Positions 35,778 through 46,943 of a stretch of DNA of 64,000 bases are shown piece by piece. The DNA is from Rikenellaceae bacterium. GTDB lineage: Bacteria; Bacteroidota; Bacteroidia; Bacteroidales; UBA932. The DNA lies in contig CAAGNP010000012.1 in NCBI GenBank assembly GCA_900771335.1, positions 62,350 through 126,349 on the forward strand. The letters run 5' to 3'. Each line of letters begins with the position of its first letter. The stretch's first letter is position 1. A model generated the notes under the pieces. It was given only the letters and a program-made list of their open reading frames with translations. It was not told where the DNA came from and made no database searches. The translations under genes and the position numbers were made by a program.

Positions 35778-37064
35778 TTATTTCAATGCTAATTCATAAA
35801 TATGTTTCATCTTAGCTGCTGCGTGATCCCATTTAAGGGCGTTCACCTCATCATAACCCTTATCAGCAGCCATTTGTGCAAGGGCAGGATATTGTAGCAG
35901 GCCATACATTGCATCTGCAAGTGCGTCCACATCCCAGAAGTCCACCTTGATGGAGTATTTCAACACCTCGGCTACACCCGACTGTTTTGAAATGATGGTA
36001 GGTACGCCTGTGATCATAGCCTCAAGAGGTGAGATACCGAATGGCTCAGATACAGAAGGCATCACATACACATCAGAGTACGCGAACATCTTCTGGACAT
36101 CTGCACCTCTAAGGAATCCTGTAAAGTGGAACTTGTCAGAGATACCCAACTTGGCCACCTGTCTGATACTGCGGTTGAGAAGGTCGCCGCTACCCGCCAT
36201 TACGAAACGGACATTAGAGCATCTTTTCAAAACCTTGTTGGCAGCTTCGATGAAGTATTCAGGACCTTTCTGGAAGGTGATACGGCCAAGGAAGGTCACC
36301 ACTTTCTCATCCACGCTCCTCTCTACCTGCATCTGTTTCCTGTCGGCAAAGTCTACTGCATTGTGTACAGTAAACACTTTGTCAGGATTGATACCATATT
36401 TATTGATTACGATATTACGGGTAAGGTTACTTACAGTAATAACCTTGTCAGCCTCCCTCATACCCATTTGCTCGATAGCAAATACCTGGGTGTTCACATT
36501 CTCGCCGGTCCTGTCGAACTCAGTAGCGTGAACATGGATTACAAGAGGTTTACCCGATATTCTCTTGGCAGCGATACCGGCCATATATGTAAGCCAGTCA
36601 TGTGCGTGAATAACATCGAACTCATCTTTATGTTGAGCTGCTATCTCACCACCCACCATGGCATATCTTGATATCTCCTCCATCAAGTTTGTGCCATACT
36701 TGCCTGAGAATTTATATTTCTGTTTGAAATTTACTTTGAAATCTTCGATTTGGGATTTCTGGTCCTTAGATGACATCTCTGTGAATTTTACAGGATCCAT
36801 ATAAGGCACCATGTTGGTCCCTACGCGAAGGAATTGAACCCTCTCAAGAAACTCTTTTGGGTTCCTTACCACATCACTTACTTCGACATCACTCGCATTA
36901 AGAATTCTGGTATAGGTCTGATCTTCATCTCCGGATGCCGAAGGCATTACAAACAGTGTATCCACACCGTTGTTTGCCAAACCTTTAACTATACCGTAGC
37001 AAGCGGTTCCGAGACCACCTGCAATATGGGGAGGAAACTCCCAACCAAACATAAGTACTCTCAT
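35778..37064 (-). CDS. GT4-family glycosyltransferase (glycogen-synthase-like)
   Basis: FGWEFPPHIAGGLG N-terminus and the E-x7-E region SEPFGISPLEAMITGVP. Confidence 0.8.
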   Translation of the reverse strand: MRVLMFGWEFPPHIAGGLGTACYGIVKGLANNGVDTLFVMPSASGDEDQTYTRILNASDVEVSDVVRNPKEFLERVQFLRVGTNMVPYMDPVKFTEMSSKDQKSQIEDFKVNFKQKYKFSGKYGTNLMEEISRYAMVGGEIAAQHKDEFDVIHAHDWLTYMAGIAAKRISGKPLVIHVHATEFDRTGENVNTQVFAIEQMGMREADKVITVSNLTRNIVINKYGINPDKVFTVHNAVDFADRKQMQVERSVDEKVVTFLGRITFQKGPEYFIEAANKVLKRCSNVRFVMAGSGDLLNRSIRQVAKLGISDKFHFTGFLRGADVQKMFAYSDVYVMPSVSEPFGISPLEAMITGVPTIISKQSGVAEVLKYSIKVDFWDVDALADAMYGLLQYPALAQMAADKGYDEVNALKWDHAAAKMKHIYELALK

Positions 37065-37067
37065 AAC

Positions 37068-39002
37068 CTAGTCGTTTTTAAATTTAGCAATAATATGTTT
37101 AGCTCTCAAGATCTCTGAGATGGCACCTGTGTGGCAAATTGCTCCGTGAGGTACATACTCAGGGTCACCATTGTAAAGTTCTGAGATAGAACCGATACCG
37201 TGAATGTTCATATCAGCCTCATATGCATTTACAAGTTCTTCAGCTTGAGAGATGAATGCTCCACCGAAAAGTTTTAGTGAAGATTCGATATAGAAGCAGA
37301 TCATCCATGGACGGGTACATCCCTGGTGATGTGCATGGTCTCTCTGGTTCTGGTTACCCTCATATACACCTTTATATAATGGGTTCTTAGGTGACAGGGT
37401 TCTGAGACCTCTTGAGGTAAGAAGCTCACGATTGATGCTTCTCAAAACATTTGCTTTTACCTCTTCTGATACAGGTGAGTACTCAAGGGCACAAGCAAAC
37501 ACCTGGTTTGGTCTTGTGAACTTGTTCTGACCCTGCTCGTCAACATAGTCAGCAAGATGAGCTCTCTCCTCTACCCAGAACATATTGTAGTAGTTTTTCT
37601 CGATTTTCTCTTTTACATCCATCCAAGCATATACGGTCTTTCCACCTTTACCATACTTGGTCTCATTTTCGATAAGGTAGCAAAGGGCATTGTACCAAAG
37701 TGCGTTGGTCTCTACCTGATAACCACCTCTCTCTGCGATAGGACGGCTGTCGCTACCATAAGCATTCATCCAGCTTAGTGCCACTCCGTTCATCTTGGTC
37801 CAAAGCATGCCGTTATCTTTATTAAGGTGAACACCCATTCTGCCACCCTCGATAAAGCTGTCGGCAACCTTCTTAAGAACGGTTTTGAATTTGTCCCAAG
37901 CACCTTGTGCATCACCAGTGAATGCTGCATATTGTTGTGCTACCCAGAACATCCAAAGTGCAGCCTCTGCCTGACGTGAGCCATTGTAAAGCTGATTTTG
38001 GTAAATCTTGATGGTAGTTTTAAGAATCTTGTCAAATGTAGCTACATCTCCATCTGCAAATAGTGTCAGACCAGGTAGTGAGATAAGGGTCTCTCTAAGA
38101 CCTTTGCTCTCCCAAGAATAACCTGAAAGGATCTCTGTACCTTTAGGGGTCTTAACGATGAAATCTTTGGCAGCGATCTTCAAGCAAGCATCATAATCAG
38201 ATCTGCTTGGAGCATTCTTCACTTCCTTGTCGTACAATTTCTTAAGACCTTTTGTAGATACTTCTGATGTAGATACTGAAAGGATTATTGATTCACCCGC
38301 TGCGATAGGCATCTCGAATACACCTGGAACGAAAAGATCCTCCTTGTATTCAAAACCACGTCTCTGCTCATCGCTGTACACTACATCTTTGTACCAGTCA
38401 GGATTGTGAAGATAATCACTGTCCTTGCTCAATTGGAGGTGAAGTGTAGGGAAACCTTCATACATCTTGTAGCTTGCGCCATTGTCTACAATGCCGTAGT
38501 TGGTTGATGCCTGAGGGTTTTGTTGGGTTAGTGTGTGAACCTCTCTGAACGCCATGAATGGTTTAAGACGGAGAGAAGTTTGTGAATGGGCCTGAACCAA
38601 TGTGTATTTGATAAGCAGCTGCTCTTTTCCTTTGACGAAAATCATAGATTTTCTGAAGATCATGCCGCCTACCCTATACTCTATAGTACATTCCTTGTCG
38701 AATTGGAAGTCAACGATGTATTTATGACCTCTTGGCTCATAAATCTTACCGTAGCTTCTGATTCCAAGGTTAAACTCTTTTTCATGTTGAATAAGGGTCT
38801 CGTCAACTGATGAAAGAAGAATGTGGTTTACTCCACCGAACTCTTCGATGGGCATTACAAACAATCCATGGTACTTTCTAGTATTACAACCGACGATAGT
38901 GGTATTGCAATAACCACCGGTTCCGTTGGCTAGAACTACCTCTTTAGGTAACGAGTACTCAAGATTAACTAGTTCCTCTTGATTAAATTTTAAATAAGAC
39001 AT
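37068..39002 (-). CDS. Glycogen debranching enzyme-like (N-terminal GDE domain + amylo-alpha-1,6-glucosidase domain)
   Basis: 644 aa with a (alpha/alpha)6-type C-terminal half (ALWMFWVAQQY, ALSWMNAY, ETNALWYNAL, SISELYNGDP). Confidence 0.75.
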   Translation of the reverse strand: MSYLKFNQEELVNLEYSLPKEVVLANGTGGYCNTTIVGCNTRKYHGLFVMPIEEFGGVNHILLSSVDETLIQHEKEFNLGIRSYGKIYEPRGHKYIVDFQFDKECTIEYRVGGMIFRKSMIFVKGKEQLLIKYTLVQAHSQTSLRLKPFMAFREVHTLTQQNPQASTNYGIVDNGASYKMYEGFPTLHLQLSKDSDYLHNPDWYKDVVYSDEQRRGFEYKEDLFVPGVFEMPIAAGESIILSVSTSEVSTKGLKKLYDKEVKNAPSRSDYDACLKIAAKDFIVKTPKGTEILSGYSWESKGLRETLISLPGLTLFADGDVATFDKILKTTIKIYQNQLYNGSRQAEAALWMFWVAQQYAAFTGDAQGAWDKFKTVLKKVADSFIEGGRMGVHLNKDNGMLWTKMNGVALSWMNAYGSDSRPIAERGGYQVETNALWYNALCYLIENETKYGKGGKTVYAWMDVKEKIEKNYYNMFWVEERAHLADYVDEQGQNKFTRPNQVFACALEYSPVSEEVKANVLRSINRELLTSRGLRTLSPKNPLYKGVYEGNQNQRDHAHHQGCTRPWMICFYIESSLKLFGGAFISQAEELVNAYEADMNIHGIGSISELYNGDPEYVPHGAICHTGAISEILRAKHIIAKFKND

Positions 39003-39016
39003 TTGATATATCGATA

Positions 39017-40990
39017 TTATCTAATTTTTTCCAATACTACTGCGCTTCTGCTCGGGAGATACAAAGAAAGTTTGTCACCTCCATCTTTCCTTATTGTATG
39101 GTGGTGAACACTATCATCTATCCTGCCAAAACCGTCATATTTTTTGGCATCCGAACTTAAAGCTACCCGATACTCTCCGGCTGGTGCGCAGAATTCAAAA
39201 TCTGTGAAAGAGTGTACCGAATTAAAATTGAGCGCAAAGATAAATCTTCCTCTCACAAAAATCAAAACTTTTTGTGAATCGGATACATATAATTGCATCG
39301 GAGTCTGCCTCAACACTTTTCCACCACTTATCACATGGATCATATCCCTGTCAAAATCGACCAGCGCCTTGTAGTGAAGATCGGGATTGTCCTTGAGGCT
39401 CCATTGCCTTCTGGCGTGCTTATGCGACCAGTTGTTCCCCTCTCGTGGGAAATCAATCCACTCGGGGTGTCCGAACTCATTTCCCATGAAGGTAAGATAG
39501 CCGTCACCTGCCGTGGCTATCGTCACAAGCCTTATCATCTTATGGAGTGCAAGTCCCCTCTCCACCAGCGGATGACGGGAAGCCTTATCCATACTGAAAT
39601 ACATCTCCTTATCTATAAGCCTGAAAATGACTGTTTTGTCTCCCACCATAGCCTGGTCATGACACTCCACATAACTGATGGTCTTCTCGTCTTTTCTCTT
39701 ATTGGTAAGCTCATAGTACATACCCCCCATACTCCAGTCCTCCTCTCGGACATCCTTGATCCATTTGATCCAATTGTCCGGAACGCCCATACTCATCCTG
39801 AAGTCAAAGCCCCAGCCACACTGCGATATCGGGGCTGCGAGCCCGGGCATACCGCTCATCTCCTCAGCGATGGTGAAGGCATCCCCATTGAGTTCCTTTA
39901 TCATAATATTTGCCAGGCCAAGATATACCAGCGCATCCACATCCTGTCCTCCGTCATAATATGCATCGTACGAGCAGAAGTCCCTACCCAGACCATGGTC
40001 ATAGTAAAGCATACTGGTCACTCCGTCAAATCTGAAACCGTCCAGATGGTACTCTTCCATCCAGAATTTGAGATTTGAGAGGAGGAAATGGACCACAGCA
40101 TCCTTTCCATAGTCAAAGCACCTCGAATTCCAGGCAGGGTGCTTGCCTCTATCCCCTGCATGGAAATAGAGATCCTCGGTGCCGTCAAATTTGCCCAGCC
40201 CCTCGATCTCATTTGACACAGCGTGCGAGTGTACCACGTCCATAATGACCGCAATACCGTAGCCGTGTGCCTCGTCCACAAGCTGCTTGAACTCATCCGG
40301 CGTACCGAAGCGCGAACTCACAGCGAAGAAGTTTGCCACCTGATACCCGAAAGAGCCGTAGTACGGGTGCTCCTGAAGTGCCATTATCTGAATGGTATTG
40401 TACCCGAGCTCAGCAATATATGGCAGGACATTCTCCCTGAACTCATTGAAAGTGCCCACCTTCTCCTCCTCCACACCCATTCCGATATGCACCTCATAGA
40501 TGAGCGGATTCTTAAACTCCCTTGTATATCTCTTTTTCCACTTGTATTTTCTGGATGGTGCCCATACCTGTGCAGAGAAGAGTTTTGTCTGCTCATCCTG
40601 CACACACCTTGTAGCATAGGATGGGAGCCTCTCCCCTGACCCTCCGGGCCACTCGATTATATATCTGTACAGCATCTCATGCCTGAGCTCCTTCTCTGGA
40701 ACCCTGAGCTCCCAGTTGCCCTCCGACAACCTGGTGAATGCATATTTCTGATCCTTCTGCCAAGAGTTGTGTTCACCTATAAGGTATATGGCAGTGGCAT
40801 TTGGAGCCCACTCCCTGAAAACCCACTCCTTCCCCTCTTTGTGAAGCATATAGTAAAGATGGTTATTGACATTTGAAGATATCTTCCCATCCTTACCCAT
40901 TAAATCCTGTCTTCTGTTAATCAGCATCTGATACCTGTCGGTAATGACCCTTTTGAACGGCATCAAATAAGAATCTGAATCAAAAATCAT
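39017..40990 (-). CDS. glgB: 1,4-alpha-glucan branching enzyme, GH13 (eukaryote-like subfamily)
   Basis: GH13 regions DVVHSH, DGFRFDGVTSM, AEEMSG and YVECHDQAMVGDKT, plus FMGNEFGHPEW. Confidence 0.9.
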   Translation of the reverse strand: MIFDSDSYLMPFKRVITDRYQMLINRRQDLMGKDGKISSNVNNHLYYMLHKEGKEWVFREWAPNATAIYLIGEHNSWQKDQKYAFTRLSEGNWELRVPEKELRHEMLYRYIIEWPGGSGERLPSYATRCVQDEQTKLFSAQVWAPSRKYKWKKRYTREFKNPLIYEVHIGMGVEEEKVGTFNEFRENVLPYIAELGYNTIQIMALQEHPYYGSFGYQVANFFAVSSRFGTPDEFKQLVDEAHGYGIAVIMDVVHSHAVSNEIEGLGKFDGTEDLYFHAGDRGKHPAWNSRCFDYGKDAVVHFLLSNLKFWMEEYHLDGFRFDGVTSMLYYDHGLGRDFCSYDAYYDGGQDVDALVYLGLANIMIKELNGDAFTIAEEMSGMPGLAAPISQCGWGFDFRMSMGVPDNWIKWIKDVREEDWSMGGMYYELTNKRKDEKTISYVECHDQAMVGDKTVIFRLIDKEMYFSMDKASRHPLVERGLALHKMIRLVTIATAGDGYLTFMGNEFGHPEWIDFPREGNNWSHKHARRQWSLKDNPDLHYKALVDFDRDMIHVISGGKVLRQTPMQLYVSDSQKVLIFVRGRFIFALNFNSVHSFTDFEFCAPAGEYRVALSSDAKKYDGFGRIDDSVHHHTIRKDGGDKLSLYLPSRSAVVLEKIR

Positions 40991-41003
40991 ATCGTATTGA
41001 CTG

Positions 41004-41198
41004 TTAAATATTTTCCAATATATCTTTCACTTGACATTCGCTTTCGCGCAGTTTTGCCCTGCACAGGGCTAGCAAAGCGACAGCCCTCCCGACATCCTTT
41101 GAGACCTCCGAAAGGGATTTGTTGGGATCCTCGATCCCCTCCACCAGTTTTTCGAGCTCCGCTACCAGCTCCTCGTAACTTTTGTTCTTATCTTCCAT
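41004..41198 (-). CDS. xseB: Exodeoxyribonuclease VII small subunit
   Basis: 64 aa (MEDKNKSYEELVAELEKLVEGIEDPN), located downstream of xseA. The start was set at ATG 41198. Confidence 0.85.
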   Translation of the reverse strand: MEDKNKSYEELVAELEKLVEGIEDPNKSLSEVSKDVGRAVALLALCRAKLRESECQVKDILENI

Positions 41199-41208
41199 AA
41201 TCTGAAAT

Positions 41209-42402
41209 TTACCTTTTAACGACCTCCTCAACCCTGCAATCCACCTCTCCATCCTTCAGGACAAGCTTCACCACACTTCCACATTGCACCTGCTCCACAG
41301 AGCTCACCCTTTTACCATCCACCTCTGCTACGCAATATCCACCCCCCAACAATACGGAAGGATCCCCTTTCATCACCCTCTGCTCAAATAGCGCCAATCT
41401 GTTGCCACGGGCAATATAAACATTGCGGAGCGAATGCTCCAGCCTCTGCCGGAGGGAATCCAGTCTATTGCCTGCCGAGGCAAACTTATGGTTCATGGCC
41501 AATGCAAGTCTCGAAGCCAATGAGGCAATCATCGCATCCTCGGATGCAAAAATATCAAGCAGGTAATCTGCCAATGCGGTCGGGGTCTTGACGCTGATGC
41601 AAGCCACCATATCGCAGATGTGGTAATCCTGATCGTGCCCCACTGCCATCATCACCGGAAGCGGGAACTGCGCCACGTTTGCGCACAAATCATAATCATC
41701 AAAGCAAGCCAGATCGGTCGCAGAGCCGCCTCCTCTCAGGATCAGCACCGCATCGAACCTCTCCGTCCCGCTCTCCACATCCTCCAGCACAGACTCAAGG
41801 GCACCGATAATCCCTGCCGGCGCTCCACTCCCCTGCATTGGGGACGAATATAACTTTGTATAAAAAGTGAAATGGTACTCATTCTCGTGCAGATGACGCA
41901 TAAAATCGCGATAGCCTGCCGCAGTTTCTGACGAAATGACTGCAAAATTTCTGGGTAGCGCGGGGAGCTCAAGTGTGGCATTCATCTCAAACATCCCCTC
42001 TTCTTTGAGCCTTTTGATCACCTCCCTGCGGCGAAGCTCCGCCTCACCTACGGTAAAAGAGGGATCAATGTCATATACAATGAGGCTCAATCCGTACAAC
42101 TCGGAATATTGGACCTGAGCCTTTACCAAAATGGACATCCCGGGGGAGATCTCGCTACCAGTAGCACTTACGAAATAGGGCCTGAGCACTCTCCACGAAG
42201 AACTCCAGATTACCGCATGCCCCTTCGCACGTATATCACCCTCAGAATCACCCTTATCTATAAGATCTATGTAGCAATGGCCTGAATAATTGGCCTTAAT
42301 GGCACTCACCTCAGCTTTAACCCAATACTGACGGGGAAAACCCTCCTCCAAGCATCTCTTGATGCGTTTCTGCAAATCATATAGACTTATCCCTTCGTTC
42401 AT
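41209..42402 (-). CDS. xseA: Exodeoxyribonuclease VII large subunit
   Basis: OB-fold N-terminus (YWVKAEVSAIKANYSGHCYIDL) and the catalytic region RGGGS. Confidence 0.9.
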   Translation of the reverse strand: MNEGISLYDLQKRIKRCLEEGFPRQYWVKAEVSAIKANYSGHCYIDLIDKGDSEGDIRAKGHAVIWSSSWRVLRPYFVSATGSEISPGMSILVKAQVQYSELYGLSLIVYDIDPSFTVGEAELRRREVIKRLKEEGMFEMNATLELPALPRNFAVISSETAAGYRDFMRHLHENEYHFTFYTKLYSSPMQGSGAPAGIIGALESVLEDVESGTERFDAVLILRGGGSATDLACFDDYDLCANVAQFPLPVMMAVGHDQDYHICDMVACISVKTPTALADYLLDIFASEDAMIASLASRLALAMNHKFASAGNRLDSLRQRLEHSLRNVYIARGNRLALFEQRVMKGDPSVLLGGGYCVAEVDGKRVSSVEQVQCGSVVKLVLKDGEVDCRVEEVVKR

Positions 42403-42452
42403 GTCTACAAATGTAAGAAATTTTTTCTATTTTTGCGACCAAAATAGAGGCA

Positions 42453-43049
42453 ATGAGGATAACCAAAGCAACTTTCGCCGGCAGCAGCCAAAAATTGGAT
42501 CAGAGACCAAAACTGAGGGCTCCTGAATTTGCATTTATCGGGAGGTCAAATGTAGGGAAATCCTCACTCATAAATATGCTTTGTGAGCAGAGAAAACTGG
42601 CCCACACCTCAGCCACCCCCGGCAAGACCAAGCTCGTCAACCACTTCTACATCAATGACCAATGGTACTTGGTGGACTTGCCCGGATACGGATACGCCAA
42701 AATTTCCAAAAAGAAAACTGACAAACTATCAGACATAATAACCCACTACATCTGCAAATCCGAAGAGCTCGTAAACCTCTTTGTCCTGCTGGACTCACGC
42801 CACGACATACAGAAGATCGATCTGGAATTCATGATGAAACTGGGTGAACTGGGGATCCCATTCTCCATCATCTTCACCAAAGGGGACAAACTTGGGACAA
42901 ACGCCCGTGCAGCCCAGATCGAGAAAAACAAGAAAGCCCTTCTCGAATACTGGGAAGAACTGCCACCTGTATTTGTCTCTTCGGCCGAGACAGGTCTGGG
43001 AAAAGAAGAAATACTTGACTACATAGACACTACTCTAAAAACTTTATAA
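42453..43049 (+). CDS. engB: Ribosome biogenesis GTP-binding protein YsxC/EngB
   Basis: G1 GRSNVGKSS, G3 DLPGYG and G4 TKGDK. A -7 box TATTTTTG lies at 42428-42435. Confidence 0.9.
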   Translation: MRITKATFAGSSQKLDQRPKLRAPEFAFIGRSNVGKSSLINMLCEQRKLAHTSATPGKTKLVNHFYINDQWYLVDLPGYGYAKISKKKTDKLSDIITHYICKSEELVNLFVLLDSRHDIQKIDLEFMMKLGELGIPFSIIFTKGDKLGTNARAAQIEKNKKALLEYWEELPPVFVSSAETGLGKEEILDYIDTTLKTL

Positions 43050-43052
43050 CCT

Positions 43053-44003
43053 ATGGATCACAAACATACCATCAAAATTTTCTCTTGTAGAGGATCAAGA
43101 TATCTTGCAGAAAAAATAGCAAGATCTCTAAACATGGAGCTTGGCAAATCTATCGTTACAGACTTCAGCGACGGAGAGTTCCAACCAGCATTTGACGAAT
43201 CTGTACGCGGCGCCACTGTATTTATCGTCCAATCTACATTCCCACCTATCGACAACCTCTTCGAACTGCTTCTGATGATCGACGCAGCCAAGAGAGCTTC
43301 TGCCTATAAGGTGATCGCCGTTATGCCATATTTCGGCTGGGCAAGACAGGACAGAAAGGACCGTCCAAGAGTCTCTATCGGAGCCAAATTGGTAGCTAAC
43401 CTTCTTCACGCTGCAGGATGCGACAGAGTTATGACCGCTGACCTTCACGCTGACCAAATCCAAGGTTTCTTTGATTTCCCGGTAGACCACGTATATGCAA
43501 GCTCACTCTTCTTGCCTTATATGAGAAGCCTGAACTTGGAAAACCTCTCTATCGCAGCACCTGATATGGGTGGTGCCAAAAGGGCAAATGCATACTCACG
43601 CGTACTTGGATGTCCACTTATCGTATGCCACAAATCGAGAGAGAGAGCCAATGTAGTAGGCTCAATGACCGCTATCGGTGAAGTAGAGGGTAGAAACATC
43701 ATCATCGTGGATGATATGATCGATACCGCAGGCACCATCGCTAAAGCAGCTGATATGCTTATGGAAAAAGGTGCACTCAGTGTTCGCGCATTGGCTACAC
43801 ACCCTGTATTCTCAGGTCAGGCATATGAGAAAATTGCAAATTCTGCCCTTTGCGAAGTGGTAGTATCAGACACTATTCCATTGAGAGCACGTCCGGATCA
43901 GGATACATCCAAGATCAAAGTGCTTTCAGTAGCTGATATCTTTGCTGATATCATCAATAAAGTATACAACTACGAGCCAATCAGCCCAAGTTTCATTTTC
44001 TAA
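43053..44003 (+). CDS. prs: Ribose-phosphate pyrophosphokinase
   Basis: DLHADQIQGFF and the PRPP loop IIVDDMIDTAGT. Confidence 0.93.
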   Translation: MDHKHTIKIFSCRGSRYLAEKIARSLNMELGKSIVTDFSDGEFQPAFDESVRGATVFIVQSTFPPIDNLFELLLMIDAAKRASAYKVIAVMPYFGWARQDRKDRPRVSIGAKLVANLLHAAGCDRVMTADLHADQIQGFFDFPVDHVYASSLFLPYMRSLNLENLSIAAPDMGGAKRANAYSRVLGCPLIVCHKSRERANVVGSMTAIGEVEGRNIIIVDDMIDTAGTIAKAADMLMEKGALSVRALATHPVFSGQAYEKIANSALCEVVVSDTIPLRARPDQDTSKIKVLSVADIFADIINKVYNYEPISPSFIF

Positions 44004-44007
44004 GACA

Positions 44008-44847
44008 ATGAAAACTTTTGACTACTCTATAGAGGAGATCCACAGGACTCTTGTCACTTCACTCCGTGACTTCTTCGCCAAATGCGGGCAGAAGAGGGCC
44101 GTTCTCGGCCTTTCCGGAGGTATTGACTCAGCTGTGGTAGCTGCCCTGGCGGTAGAAGCATTAGGTAAAGAGAATGTGTGTGGCATCATGATGCCATCAC
44201 AATTCTCTACCGTTCACTCCCTTACCGACGCTGTCGATTTGGCAAACAACCTCGATATGGAATATATGGTAGTCCCTATCGAGAAGATGTACATGAGGGC
44301 CATGAGAGACCTTGAGCCTATCTTCAAGGGGGACAACTCCTGGGACAACACTCAAGAGAACATCCAGGCCAGAATCAGAGGAATGATCGTAATGGCATAC
44401 TCCAACAGACACGGAGCACTTGCCCTCAACACATCAAACAAAAGTGAATTGGCAATGGGTTACGGCACCCTTTATGGAGACTTGGCAGGTGCCCTTATGG
44501 TTATTGCCGACATATACAAAATCCAGGTATATGATCTGGCCCGCTACATAAACAGGGAGAGGACCATTATCCCTGTCTCCACTATCACAAAAGCGCCGTC
44601 AGCCGAATTGCGCCACGACCAGAAAGACACAGACACTCTACCTGAGTACGCCATCCTAGACCCTGTCCTCCATGCACTTATCGAAGAGGGCAAGACCAAA
44701 GAGGAGCTTGTCGCTGAGGGTGAAGATGAGGCCCTTATCGACAGAATACTCACATTGAAAGCCAGAAGTGCTTTTAAGGTTCACCAGATGGCACCGGTAA
44801 TTAAAGTGAGTGAAAAGCCGATACATTACTCACAAAAATGGGTATAA
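44008..44847 (+). CDS. nadE: NH3-dependent NAD+ synthetase
   Basis: PP-loop SGGIDSAV. The start was set at ATG 44008 (MKTFDYSIEEI). Confidence 0.88.
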   Translation: MKTFDYSIEEIHRTLVTSLRDFFAKCGQKRAVLGLSGGIDSAVVAALAVEALGKENVCGIMMPSQFSTVHSLTDAVDLANNLDMEYMVVPIEKMYMRAMRDLEPIFKGDNSWDNTQENIQARIRGMIVMAYSNRHGALALNTSNKSELAMGYGTLYGDLAGALMVIADIYKIQVYDLARYINRERTIIPVSTITKAPSAELRHDQKDTDTLPEYAILDPVLHALIEEGKTKEELVAEGEDEALIDRILTLKARSAFKVHQMAPVIKVSEKPIHYSQKWV

Positions 44848-44854
44848 GTAAAAT

Positions 44855-45133
44855 ATGAAAGTAATAATTGCAGCTCTGATATTCCTGGGGATTGCCATCT
44901 TTCTGATGTGCTTTAATATAATATTCAGAGGAACCGATTTCCCTGACACAGAGATATCTCATAACAAAGAGATGAGGAAGCGCGGCATCATCTGCGCCAA
45001 AGAGGATGAGCTCCGCACCTGGAGAAAAAAGGTTAAAAACGACAAGAGGGGCTGCGATGATGACTTTTGCGTAAGCTGCAACGAAATATGTGCAGCAAAA
45101 ACCATAATGAAAGAAAAGGAGAATAAGAAATGA
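44855..45133 (+). CDS. Small membrane protein with a C-terminal Cys cluster
   Basis: One N-terminal TM helix and a [14 protein letters not shown] cluster. The stop overlaps the der start (ATGA). Confidence 0.5.
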   Translation: MKVIIAALIFLGIAIFLMCFNIIFRGTDFPDTEISHNKEMRKRGIICAKEDELRTWRKKVKNDKRGCDDDFCVSCNEICAAKTIMKEKENKK

Positions 45134-46437
45134 GTTTATTAGCCATCGTAGGACGCCCTAATGTGGGAAAATCCACCCTATTCAACAGACTTGTAGGGAT
45201 GAGACAAGCCATAGTAGACGAGACTGCCGGTGTCACCAGAGACAGACACTACGGCAGATGTGAATGGTGCGGTCACGAATTCTCTGTAGTGGATACAGGT
45301 GGATATACGTCCAATTCAGATGACATCTTTGAAGGGGAGATAAGAAAACAGGTAAGCATAGCGATACAGGAGGCCGATGCCATTCTATTTATGGTAGAGG
45401 TGGGAACAGGCATTACAGACTACGACTCTGAGATAGCTGAGATCCTCAGACAATCCAAAAAACCTGTAATACTTGCAGTAAACAAAGTAGACTCTGCTGC
45501 CAAACAATACGACGCATACGAATTCTACTCTCTTGGATTGGGCGAGATCTGGAGTATCTCATCATCCAATGGAAGCGGCACAGGTGACCTTTTGGATGAG
45601 ATAGTCCGTATCCTTCCAAAAGAGGAGGTGGCCGAGGACCCACACGCAGGAATCCCAAGGGTAGCCATTGTCGGAAAACCCAATGTGGGCAAATCATCTC
45701 TGACCAATGCCCTTTTGGGTGAAGACAGAAACATCGTTACCCCTATAGCCGGCACCACACGTGACTCTGTCGAGTCCCATTACAACAAATTCGGACACGA
45801 ATTCATATTGGTGGACACAGCAGGTCTGAGAAAAAAGACCAAAGTGAAAGAGGATCTGGAATTCTACTCTGTGATGCGCTCTATCAGAGCCATCGAACAC
45901 TCTGACATCTGTATCCTTATGGTAGATGCACAGACAGGTATAGAAGCTCAGGACCTTGCCATCTTCAACCTTATCAACAAAAACAAGAAAGGGTGCGTAG
46001 TGGTAGTAAACAAATGGGACACCATCGAGAAAGGGAACAATACCATGAAAGAGTATACAGAGGTTATCAAACAGCGCCTCTCACCTTTCAATGACCTTCC
46101 GATCATCTTCACCTCTGTAATCAACAAGCAGAGGATTCTGGATGTATTGGATGCCACAGCCAAAGTATACGAGAACTTCTCCCAAAAGATCCCTACATCA
46201 AAACTCAACGAGGCCATGCTTCCTGAGATTGAGAATTACCCTCCACCTGCTACAAAAGGCAAATACATTAAGATCAAATTCATCACACAGCTCCCTACCC
46301 AGAGCCCATCATTCGCATTCTTCTGTAATTTGCCACAATACATCAAGGACCCTTACAAGAGGTTCCTGGAGAATAAACTAAGAAGCTATTTTGATTTCAC
46401 AGGATGTCCCATCCAAATATATATGAGACAAAAATAA
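45130..46437 (+). CDS. der: Ribosome biogenesis GTPase Der (EngA)
   Basis: Two tandem GTPase domains (GRPNVGKST and GKPNVGKSS) plus a KH-like C-terminus. Confidence 0.93.
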   Translation: MSLLAIVGRPNVGKSTLFNRLVGMRQAIVDETAGVTRDRHYGRCEWCGHEFSVVDTGGYTSNSDDIFEGEIRKQVSIAIQEADAILFMVEVGTGITDYDSEIAEILRQSKKPVILAVNKVDSAAKQYDAYEFYSLGLGEIWSISSSNGSGTGDLLDEIVRILPKEEVAEDPHAGIPRVAIVGKPNVGKSSLTNALLGEDRNIVTPIAGTTRDSVESHYNKFGHEFILVDTAGLRKKTKVKEDLEFYSVMRSIRAIEHSDICILMVDAQTGIEAQDLAIFNLINKNKKGCVVVVNKWDTIEKGNNTMKEYTEVIKQRLSPFNDLPIIFTSVINKQRILDVLDATAKVYENFSQKIPTSKLNEAMLPEIENYPPPATKGKYIKIKFITQLPTQSPSFAFFCNLPQYIKDPYKRFLENKLRSYFDFTGCPIQIYMRQK

Positions 46438-46454
46438 AGAATTAGAGTAGTGAA

Positions 46455-46847
46455 TCATTCTTTTTCGATGGAGAGTTGCTGGATATAATTCCCTCTCTCC
46501 GTCGTTTTTACAAATATAGTCACCTTAAATCTGTTTCCACCCCCCTCCAGCTGGCCTATGGCATATACCATGGGATAGACTCCGCTTTTGTGCACAATCT
46601 CAAATGACCTGGGGGTATAGTCTGAGAAAAATTTCCTCATTATCTGTTTGGCCTGATTTCTGCTACAGTTGTTTCTGTTACCAAACATTACCAGTTCTAT
46701 ATTTTCCGAGAACCAGGCAGAGAGGTTTGAAGCATTCCCCTTTTCCAGATATTTGGAGATTGGCACGAAGACATCGCTCTTTTGTGACTGTGACGCAGCC
46801 ACAAAAGAGAAGGCACAAAGTGATAATATAAGGAGACAATATCTCAT
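46455..46847 (-). CDS. DUF4783-like secreted protein
   Basis: Signal peptide followed by an SnoaL-like small domain pattern (LEKGNASNLSAWFSENIEL...QAKQIMRKFF). The start was set at 46847. Confidence 0.55.
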   Translation of the reverse strand: MRYCLLILSLCAFSFVAASQSQKSDVFVPISKYLEKGNASNLSAWFSENIELVMFGNRNNCSRNQAKQIMRKFFSDYTPRSFEIVHKSGVYPMVYAIGQLEGGGNRFKVTIFVKTTERGNYIQQLSIEKE

Positions 46848-46943
46848 TATTGCTTTTTCAAATTTTACTACAATAATCAAGCCACACAAATGTTTCGGTA
46901 ATTAATCAAATCGTACTATATTTGTGTACAAACTTGTAATGAT

